The notes under the pieces were generated by a model that was given only the letters and a program-made list of their open reading frames with translations, searched no databases and was not told the origin of the DNA. This document shows positions 19,688-27,047 of a DNA stretch of 64,000 bases, in pieces (within the stretch, counting starts at the first letter, position 1; every line of letters begins with the position of its first letter). The translations under genes and the position numbers were made by a program. The DNA comes from Acidimicrobiales bacterium (lineage in GTDB: Bacteria > Actinomycetota > Acidimicrobiia > Acidimicrobiales > CAIXPF01): contig JBJXFH010000198.1 of assembly GCA_046155365.1 (NCBI GenBank), forward strand, positions 337 to 64,336, given 5' to 3'.

Positions 19688-20405
19688 TCCCTTGCGCGTT
19701 CACTGCGGATGAGTGGGGTGGGCACGAGGCGTCGCGGAGATAGCGTGCCGGGTTGCCGCACCACACCTGACCGGGCGGAACGTCACGTAGGACCACTGCG
19801 CCGAGGCCCAGCAGCGAACCGGCACCGATGGTGCATCCGGCGCCGACCAGCACGCCGGCGCCGATGTAGGCACCGGGTTCAACCCGAACTCCACCGGCGA
19901 AGCTGGCACCGGCGCCGATGGTGACGAAATCCCCGATGACGTTGTCGTGGGTGAAGACCACGCCCGGCATCACGAGGACGTGGTTGCCCAACACGATGTC
20001 GGCGGTAGCCACGACTCCGGCTTGGAGCACACAGCCGACGCCGAGCTGCACCGACAGTGGGACCGCCGCAGAGGGGTGGACCAACGTCGCGTAACGGTCG
20101 GGGGATAACCCGAGGCGTTGGGCGATGTGCTGCCGCGAGGAATAGTTCGCAGGGCTGCCGGTGCACAGCGTGACCGAGGCCGTCTGAAGGTGGGCGGCGT
20201 CACCGATGGACCCCAACACCGACACGCCGCTCACCCGGCGACCTTGCAATGTGGTGGCGTCATCGAGGAACCCCAGCAGGTTCCAGGTGCGCTGCTGGTT
20301 GTTGATGGCCCGCACGACCTCGATCGATTCCCGGCCGAAACCGCCGGCGCCGACGAGAACGAGGTCACGGGGCTGTACTTCGAGTTGAAGAGACCGCAAC
20401 CTCAT
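19677..20405 (-). CDS. NeuD/PglD-family sugar N/O-acyltransferase (hexapeptide left-handed beta-helix)
   Basis: N-terminal Rossmann-like LVLVGAGGFGRESIEVV...LGFLDD is followed by hexapeptide repeats (IGAGVLVGAGCTIGAGSLLGLGAVV). Confidence 0.8.
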   Translation of the reverse strand: MRLRSLQLEVQPRDLVLVGAGGFGRESIEVVRAINNQQRTWNLLGFLDDATTLQGRRVSGVSVLGSIGDAAHLQTASVTLCTGSPANYSSRQHIAQRLGLSPDRYATLVHPSAAVPLSVQLGVGCVLQAGVVATADIVLGNHVLVMPGVVFTHDNVIGDFVTIGAGASFAGGVRVEPGAYIGAGVLVGAGCTIGAGSLLGLGAVVLRDVPPGQVWCGNPARYLRDASCPPHSSAVNAQGIAS

Positions 20406-21445
20406 CAGTAGCTCCTCAGCGGCTGCACGGACCCACCGGTGGTAAGGCTTCGTGAGGCCGCTTCCAAAATGTCCAGCACCCGGAGACCCGATGCGCCTGA
20501 AGTGCGGGGCTCGCGACGCTCTGTAATGGAACGAGCGAGCTCGGCCAGCGCCTCGCCGAGCGCTTCGTGTTCCTTGATGGCGGGCGCAAGCATGTCTCCA
20601 GATCGGTAGGAGACCATGGCTTCGCGACGTTCCTCACGGCCCACATCTGCCGCGTGGGCCATATCCACACCTCGGTCATAGAGACAGAGCCGCTGCGTGG
20701 GATTGAGGTCATCCCACACCAGTGTCTTCTTGGAGCCCCCGATGATGGTGGTCCGGACCTTGGTGGGACTGAGCCAATTGACGTGGGTGTGGGCCATGGC
20801 ATTGCCCTGCAACGGCAAGGTGAGGTAGGCCATGCAAGCCCTGCCGGCGCCGATGGGATCAGCCCCGTGAGCGGCCACCGCGATGGGCGCACGGTCCTCC
20901 GGGAGGATGAAGTCAAGGATTGAGAGGTCGTGCGGTGCGAGGTCCCACAGCACGTCGATGTCGCGTTGGACCAGTCCGAGATTGATGCGCACCGAATCCA
21001 CGTAGAGAATGTCACCCAGCTCTCCCGTACGCACCAGGTCTCGGATGTGTTGCACCGCCGGCGTGTAGCAGTACGTGTGATCGCAGAAAAGCACCCGGTC
21101 GTGCTGCTCGGCGAGCTGCACCAGCTCCAGGCCCTCTTGGTAGGACATGGCCAGCGGCTTCTCCACCAGGACGTGCTTGCCCGCTTCAAGGGCTGCGCCC
21201 GCGATCTTGCGATGGGTGTGCGCCGGCGTCGCCACCGCTACCACCTGGACCTCCTCGTCGTTGAGGACGTCATTCAGGGTGTCGGTGGTTTTGACGGTGC
21301 TATAGCGACCGACGGCGCAACGGGCCCGGTCTGCTTGGAGATCGCACACCCACCGCAGGTCGTAATGGGGTGATCCCTGAAAGTTGCGAATCAGGTTGGG
21401 GCCCCAGTAGCCCGCTCCGATCACGGCGGCGCCGAATGGATTCAT
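20405..21445 (-). CDS. Gfo/Idh/MocA-family NAD(P)-dependent sugar oxidoreductase (WbpB-like)
   Basis: AVIGAGYWGPNLIRNF, HVLVEKPLA and the C-terminal Gfo/Idh/MocA region are present. The ATG at 21445 has AAGGAG upstream. The ORF opens at 21529. Confidence 0.85.
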   Translation of the reverse strand: MNPFGAAVIGAGYWGPNLIRNFQGSPHYDLRWVCDLQADRARCAVGRYSTVKTTDTLNDVLNDEEVQVVAVATPAHTHRKIAGAALEAGKHVLVEKPLAMSYQEGLELVQLAEQHDRVLFCDHTYCYTPAVQHIRDLVRTGELGDILYVDSVRINLGLVQRDIDVLWDLAPHDLSILDFILPEDRAPIAVAAHGADPIGAGRACMAYLTLPLQGNAMAHTHVNWLSPTKVRTTIIGGSKKTLVWDDLNPTQRLCLYDRGVDMAHAADVGREERREAMVSYRSGDMLAPAIKEHEALGEALAELARSITERREPRTSGASGLRVLDILEAASRSLTTGGSVQPLRSY

Positions 21446-22018
21446 GGTTGGGAACTGCTCCTTGGTGAGAACGGTCTGGTGGATCGGCGTCCGGGGGGAA
21501 GATCCGCCAGGGAAGGGGTGACGTGACAATCGCGATTTGGCGCGGGATGCTGGTGGGTACGCGGCGAGGTAGCCATCTCCCTGTTGCAGCGATCGTGACG
21601 CTTCAACGCGTTCTCCGGTCCCCGTGGAGAAACGGGGCGCGAGAAAGTAGAAGCGTCGGAGCTTGCGCTCGGTGACATGTTTTCCGCCTTGGACTGACAG
21701 GGGGTGCCCATCGGTTTCGCTTGTCGGTATCCGGGTGCTGCTAGATGTCCGACGTCGTCAGAAAGGTAACACGGCACTTCCTGACGGCGATAGGTCGGGG
21801 TTAAAGGTTTCCGCGTAACTTCCCCGGGATCGCGGAAAAGTGGTCGTGGCCTGGGAGTTTGAAAGTTGCCCTAGCTCGGGTTAGCTGGTCTGTGGACCAA
21901 AGGAGATTTAGTAGGAACTAAGACTTCACGGCTCAGGCTGACGGTAGCCGCCAGGGGGCTGGATGCGGAGGTGGTCGTAAGTGAGTCAGGGTCTGGCGGG
22001 GTTGCAGTCAGCTCGCGT

Positions 22019-22071
22019 GGGGCCGATGGACCTGCGGCGCCGGGGGGCTTCGCAGGGACCCGGTCGGCCCC
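22019..22071. other. strong nested GC hairpin inside the 1.2-kb non-coding gap (function unknown)
   Basis: GGGGCCGA...TCGGCCCC is an 8-bp outer stem. It encloses CCTGCG...CGCAGG, a 6-bp inner stem. The loop is G-rich on the plus strand and reads CCCCCC on the minus strand. Confidence 0.5.
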
Positions 22072-22642
22072 GGGCGCGGCCGAGCCGATTAGGCGGCCCG
22101 GTGCTAAACGTGCAGGTCGAATCGGGTGGACCAACCTGACGCAGCTTTGAGCTTGGTTGGCCAGGTGCTCTATGGCGGCGGGTGCGCCGCTCCCTTTTGG
22201 GGCAATCTTGAAGCGGGCCGGAGCTGTGAGCACGAACGCAGCAACTGGCATAGACGTTGGTCCGGTAACGGCCAACGGGCGCACTAAGACTGTGGTCGTA
22301 GAGCCTCATGTCCGACTTCTGGTCCACCCATGTGGAGACGGTCGCAGGACCCACCTGGAAATGTACTAGGACCGTCTGCGGAGGACCTGCAGGCGGCACC
22401 GGGGGCTCCACCCCCGCTCTATCGTTCAGGGCGCGTGCGCCGAGGGCGGATGCCGAGGTTGGTGATGTACGAAGGCCTGGAGCCGAGCCAAGTTCCTTTG
22501 CGGAGAACAGCAGCCAGCCGAGTCCGGTTCCCTGAGATGGGGGATTGCGCCGTTCCAGACGGGTTGGTTTGGTTGACAGGAGTTTGTGGGGCCACCTAGC
22601 CTGACCCTTAAGGGCGGCGTTACCTTGGCGGGAAGCTGGCGC

Positions 22643-24847
22643 ATGTATAGAAGTCTCCTTGGGTTCACGGGCTCTAGGTGCCGCAGCCGAATATGGTTCG
22701 CAGCGCTGAGCGTGGCGCTGGTTTTTGTTCACCCAGCTGTGGGATCCTCACAAGCATCGGGTGTGTCCGGGTTCGCGCCCTCACCTGAAACCACAGGTGT
22801 CCCTGCGGGTTGGACCCCGGTTCGCTCTGTGACGGGTGACGTGCGGGTGGCCACCCCCGGGGCAGTGGTAGAGGATCTGAGAATCACGGCGGGGAATCTG
22901 GTGATCACCGCCGCCAACGTGACGGTGCGTCGGGTGGAGATCCGCGGCGGACGCATCGACAACTTCAGTGGAGCCACCTGTGCTGGGGGCCTGATCATCG
23001 AGGACACCTCGCTGCTCAAACATCCCGACGTGAGGACCACGGCCAGCACGCCGCCGGCGCTCCAAGCTGGTGGCTACACCGCTCGCCGTGTGAAGATCGA
23101 CGGGTTGCCGGAGGGCTTTCGTGTCGGAGGACGTTCAGTCGGCTGCGGACCGGTGGTGATCGAGGACTCCTTCGCTCGGGTTGTGAGTCCCGATGTGTGT
23201 GGTGATTGGCACGGGGACGGAATACAGGGCTACGACGGGCCGGCGCTCACCCTGCGTAACGTCACATTGGAAATGGTGGAGAGCAGCGGCTGCGGCGGCA
23301 CCGCACCATTCTTCTATCCAGCAGGGCAGGACAACAGCACCGTCACCATCGATGGGCTGGTGGTCAAGGGCGGCGGCTTTCCGTTCCGTCTCGGCACCCC
23401 GGGCTCAGTGGTCGGTCTCCGCATCGTTGACCGGTCCTGGTCCTACGGTCCGACGGACGTGAATTGCTCCTTGTTGAGCGCCTGGGAGGCGGAGATCGTC
23501 ACTGTGGACGCCCGTTACCAGCCGACCGCGACGGTTCGCAAGCAGACCTGCAATGGCGCGCCGCCCCCAGTGGGGGGAGGGGGAGGAACACCTCCGCCGT
23601 CGGACGATAGGGTGCCGCCGACAATCGCGTTCAGTCAACCGCAGAGTGGGCCGGTTCGGGGCGTCGTGACCGTCCAGGCCGAGGTCACCGACGCCGTTGG
23701 TGTGGCGGGCGTCCAGTTCAGCGTGGATGGGCGGAAGCTTCGCCGGGAGGATGTTTCCCCCCCGTATAGGGTGCGCTGGGATGCCAGACAGGTGCGGTCG
23801 GGGCCCCACACCATCAGCGCCACCGCACGTGACGCAGCCGGGAACACCGCCACCGCAACGATGCAGGTTGTCGTGAACGGAATCGGTACCGCGCCTCCGG
23901 CGACCACGACCACCACGCTTCCGGCAACCACCACTACCACGACCACCCAGCCGTTGCCCACGACCACCACCGCGGCGACCACGACCACCACGACCACCGC
24001 CACCACCTCGCCAACATCGCTTCCCGCCCCGACGACCACGGCGCTACCTTCCGGGGGGCGGCCCGTGCCGTCGCCATCGTCCACCGGTGTGCCTGCGGGC
24101 TGGGCTCCAGCACGGTCGGTGAACGGGGATGTCCGCGTCACCACGCCGGGAGCGGTTATCGAGGACCTACGCATCACTGAGGGCAGCTTGGTGATCGCCG
24201 CACCAAACGTGACCGTACGCCGGGTGGAGATTCGGGGCGGGAACATCGACAACTTCTCCGGTGCGACGTGCGCTGGTGGTCTGGTAGTGGAGGACACGTC
24301 GGTGCTGAAACAAGCCGGCGTGGCGACCACGCCCCTGGACCCACCTTCGCTGCAAGCGGGCGGGTACACGGCCCGGCGGGTCAAGATCGACGGTGTGCCG
24401 GAGGGCTTCCGGGTTGGAGGAAGCCACACTGGGTGTGGTCCTGTCCTCATCGAGGATTCCTTCGCCCGGGTGGTCAGTCCCGACGTGTGTGGAGACTGGC
24501 ATGGCGATGGCGTGCAGGGCTACGACGGGCCTAAGCTGACCATGCGTAACGTCACGTTGGAAATGGTGGAACGAGACGACTGTGGCGGAACCGCGCCGTT
24601 CTTCTACCCTGCGGACCAGGGCAACACCTCGGTGGCGATCGATGGTCTGCTGGTCATCGGTGGTGGCTCTTCGTTCCGGCTGGGGACGAGTGGATCGGTC
24701 ACTGGATTGAAAATTGTCAGCGGCTCGTGGTTCTACGGGCCGGTATCGGTGAACTGTTCGCTGCTGAGCTCTTGGGACGCTCAGATCGTCACCATCAACG
24801 CCAGCTACCAGCCCACCTCGATTGTCCGGACCCAGCCGTGCGCGTAA
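22643..24847 (+). CDS. secreted protein with two copies of a ~260-aa Cys-rich (beta-helix-like?) domain, an Ig-like domain and a Thr-rich linker
   Basis: Signal peptide MYRSLLGFTGSRCRSRIWFAALSVALVFVHPAVG. Copies span 22778-23550 and 24067-24844. Both contain GDWHGDG(I/V)QGYDGP, CGGTAPFFYP and NCSLLS. The Ig-like domain spans about 23600-23880. Confidence 0.75.
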   Translation: MYRSLLGFTGSRCRSRIWFAALSVALVFVHPAVGSSQASGVSGFAPSPETTGVPAGWTPVRSVTGDVRVATPGAVVEDLRITAGNLVITAANVTVRRVEIRGGRIDNFSGATCAGGLIIEDTSLLKHPDVRTTASTPPALQAGGYTARRVKIDGLPEGFRVGGRSVGCGPVVIEDSFARVVSPDVCGDWHGDGIQGYDGPALTLRNVTLEMVESSGCGGTAPFFYPAGQDNSTVTIDGLVVKGGGFPFRLGTPGSVVGLRIVDRSWSYGPTDVNCSLLSAWEAEIVTVDARYQPTATVRKQTCNGAPPPVGGGGGTPPPSDDRVPPTIAFSQPQSGPVRGVVTVQAEVTDAVGVAGVQFSVDGRKLRREDVSPPYRVRWDARQVRSGPHTISATARDAAGNTATATMQVVVNGIGTAPPATTTTTLPATTTTTTTQPLPTTTTAATTTTTTTATTSPTSLPAPTTTALPSGGRPVPSPSSTGVPAGWAPARSVNGDVRVTTPGAVIEDLRITEGSLVIAAPNVTVRRVEIRGGNIDNFSGATCAGGLVVEDTSVLKQAGVATTPLDPPSLQAGGYTARRVKIDGVPEGFRVGGSHTGCGPVLIEDSFARVVSPDVCGDWHGDGVQGYDGPKLTMRNVTLEMVERDDCGGTAPFFYPADQGNTSVAIDGLLVIGGGSSFRLGTSGSVTGLKIVSGSWFYGPVSVNCSLLSSWDAQIVTINASYQPTSIVRTQPCA
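22778..23550 (+). repeat. intragenic duplication, copy 1
   Basis: Alignable by eye over its full length with 24067-24844 at both protein and DNA level (e.g. GVPAGWTPVRSVTGDVRV vs GVPAGWAPARSVNGDVRV). Confidence 0.85.
23901..24009 (+). repeat. ACC/ACG-rich low-complexity tract encoding a poly-Thr linker
   Basis: The translation reads TTTTTLPATTTTTTTQPLPTTTTAATTTTTTTATT. Confidence 0.9.
24067..24844 (+). repeat. intragenic duplication, copy 2
   Basis: See copy 1. Six Cys positions and the DWHGDG motif are conserved between the copies. Confidence 0.85.
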
Positions 24848-24859
24848 CATGGCTCGGCG

Positions 24860-26068
24860 ATGTCCGAGGCCATGAGCATCCTGGTCTGCCCCGAGACCAT
24901 GGAGCTGGCCGGGAGCCAACTCAACGCCATCGAACTGGCTAAAGGGGTTCAGGATCGTGGCCACCGGGTGGTGCTCTTCGGCCGTGACGGTGATCTGGTG
25001 CCGTTGGCCCGGGACCTCGGTTTGGAGTTCATCCTCGCTCCGCCATCGGCTGGCGTGCGTCTGTGGGCGAACGCCACTGAGCTCATCGAGGTGGTACGCA
25101 GCCGCAACATCGGGCTGGTGCACGGCTATGAGCGGGGACCATCGTTGGAGCTGGCCTTCGGTCCGCATCTCCGTTGGTCCACACCACTGGTCATTACCGT
25201 GCAAGCCATGTCGGTGGCCTCGGAGCTACCCCGTCACGTTCCCCTGATCGTGGGCACCGAGGAGTTGGCGCAACGTCAACGCCGGAAGGGTTACCAACAC
25301 GTCGAGTTGCTCGAGCCGCCCATCGATCTGAACGCCAATCGTCCGGGTATTGCGGGGGGGTGCGCTGCTCGGGCCGGCTTCGGGTTCGGTGCGCAGGACA
25401 TCGTGGTCGTCATCGTGGGCCGCCTCACCGACGAGCTCGACAAGCTGGCCGGGGTCGAGGCGGCGATGGCGGGTGTGGGCCGGCTGACCCGGCGGGCCGC
25501 GGTACGGCTGTTGGTGGTGGGCGGCGGCCAGGGTGAGGCCCGGGTGCGCGCCTTGGCGGCCGAGGTCAACCGCCACGCCGGACGCCCGGTGGTCACCGTG
25601 GCGGGCCAGTTGCTGGATCCTCGGGCCGCCTACGACTGCGCTGACATCGTGGTTGGCATGGGGGGCTCGGCACTCAAGGGTCTGGCTTTTGGAAAGCCGG
25701 TGGTGGTGGTTGGTGCCAGCGGCTTTGTCCGTTTGGTGGAGGAGACCTCAGCCGCCACGTTTCTCTTCAATGGCTGGTATGGCCATGGTGAAGGCAGCGG
25801 TTATGTGGATGAACTCGAACGCGTGCTGCACGCGTTGATCGAAGACGCCCACCTTCGGGTGAGATTGGGTAACTACGGGCTCGGTGTCCTCGTGCCACGG
25901 TTCGCACTGACGGGGGCCATTGAGCGCCAGATCGACATGTACCGGGCGGCGATTCGTGCCCCGGCGGGAGGCGTGGCGCGGCTGCGCGGTTTGGCCCGAT
26001 CGGCGCAAGCGGTAGCCCGGGGTCGGGTTCGCAGGGCGCCGAATCCCCAGCAGGATCTGTCGGACTAG
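24860..26068 (+). CDS. family 4 (GT-B) glycosyltransferase
   Basis: MSILVCPETMELAGSQLNAIELAKGVQDRGHRVVLFG is a GT4 N-terminal domain. A C-terminal GT1/GT4 region follows (VVGGGQGE..., GGSALKGLAFGKPVVV). Confidence 0.8.
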   Translation: MSEAMSILVCPETMELAGSQLNAIELAKGVQDRGHRVVLFGRDGDLVPLARDLGLEFILAPPSAGVRLWANATELIEVVRSRNIGLVHGYERGPSLELAFGPHLRWSTPLVITVQAMSVASELPRHVPLIVGTEELAQRQRRKGYQHVELLEPPIDLNANRPGIAGGCAARAGFGFGAQDIVVVIVGRLTDELDKLAGVEAAMAGVGRLTRRAAVRLLVVGGGQGEARVRALAAEVNRHAGRPVVTVAGQLLDPRAAYDCADIVVGMGGSALKGLAFGKPVVVVGASGFVRLVEETSAATFLFNGWYGHGEGSGYVDELERVLHALIEDAHLRVRLGNYGLGVLVPRFALTGAIERQIDMYRAAIRAPAGGVARLRGLARSAQAVARGRVRRAPNPQQDLSD

Positions 26069-26099
26069 CGGTGACCGCTGGCTGCGGGGGAGTGGCACC

Positions 26100-26873
26100 T
26101 CAGCTGGTTCGGACGCCCTTGACGATGAGCCAGGCGAAGAAGGACAGTTCGGCCACGGCAGAGACCGGGAGGGTTGCCGTGGCGATGATGTCGGGTGCGT
26201 CGAGGAGGTGAGCGAACATCTCGATCAGCAGGCTGCAGCCGGCAATACTCAGCAGGATGGCGAATACTTTCGGGACGTATCCGGACTTGCTGACCAGGTA
26301 TCCGAGGGGGAGTAGCCACAGCGCGAAGGTCATCTGGGCCAGGAAGAACCCGTTGGTCTTGAGGTCGGTGAACAACAGCGCCAACTGGTCGGATTGCGTT
26401 GCGCCGAACACACCGGTGAGGGCGTTGTCGGTCGCAATCTTGAGCGCGGCGTAGTGGTTGAGGAGGTTGAAGCTCATCATCGCCGCGCTGACGGCCACGG
26501 TGATGACCATCGCTGCCGCCACCAACCGGTCGACGTGGGCGAGCAGCAGGTACAGGGCCATGGCGGTGAACAGGAACGCCGTGGCTGCCACCAGTTCGAC
26601 GGTCAGACCGACTCGGAACAGCGTTGCCGAGGAGCGGATGTTGTCAGCGGTGGCGGTGGCGTCCTCGCTTTTGACGATGCCGGAGGACACCCAATTGCCG
26701 AAGAAGCTGCCGACCAGCAAGATGAGGTACAGGCCCCCCGCAATTCTCGCCAGTGCCTGCTTGGAGACTCGCACCTCAATGCTGGCGGGCGGCCCAGTGC
26801 TTGGTTCCGGAGCGGTGTTGTGTCGCTCCAACAACAATCCATCCGGCCCCGATCTCGGGAACGCCATGCTCAT
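26100..26873 (-). CDS. DUF4386-family integral membrane protein
   Basis: ARIAGGLYLILLVGSFFGNWV is followed by about 5 further TM helices, a pattern typical of DUF4386. Confidence 0.6.
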   Translation of the reverse strand: MSMAFPRSGPDGLLLERHNTAPEPSTGPPASIEVRVSKQALARIAGGLYLILLVGSFFGNWVSSGIVKSEDATATADNIRSSATLFRVGLTVELVAATAFLFTAMALYLLLAHVDRLVAAAMVITVAVSAAMMSFNLLNHYAALKIATDNALTGVFGATQSDQLALLFTDLKTNGFFLAQMTFALWLLPLGYLVSKSGYVPKVFAILLSIAGCSLLIEMFAHLLDAPDIIATATLPVSAVAELSFFAWLIVKGVRTS

Positions 26874-27047
26874 GTCGACCTCCTAGCCCTACGAGTGTTT
26901 GTTCCGCTATCCATCTCCTCGATGCCGAGCGGGGTCATCGCCGGTGGCAGCGCTGGAGTGAATCATCGCGGTGGCCATCGAGGCCTCCTGGTCGCGTTGA
27001 TCGTGCCCACCTCGTCCCTTCTACGGCCAGGACGAGATGTCCTCACG

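Noticed and set aside
21530-22642. A tRNA, tmRNA, RNase P RNA, SRP RNA or a known riboswitch (c-di-GMP, ydaO) in the gap.
   Set aside because: I could not find a T-loop (GGTTCGAnnCC), the RNase P GAGGAAAGTCC box, a tmRNA 3' end or riboswitch core sequences by eye on either strand. Only generic hairpins are present. A covariance-model search is still needed.
21871-22732. 137-aa and 248-aa minus-strand ORFs and 70-89-aa plus-strand ORFs inside the 1.2-kb gap as real genes.
   Set aside because: The translations are Pro/Ala/Arg/Ser-rich with no hydrophobic core periodicity, no motif and no plausible RBS. The 248-aa ORF also runs antisense into the signal peptide of the 22643 gene.
26394-27047. 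N-terminal 218 aa of the 961-aa ORF as part of the STAND regulator.
   Set aside because: This segment is antisense to the well-supported DUF4386 membrane-protein gene. It translates to Arg/Gly/His-rich sequence with no wHTH or BTAD features. The first credible start is the ATG at 27048.
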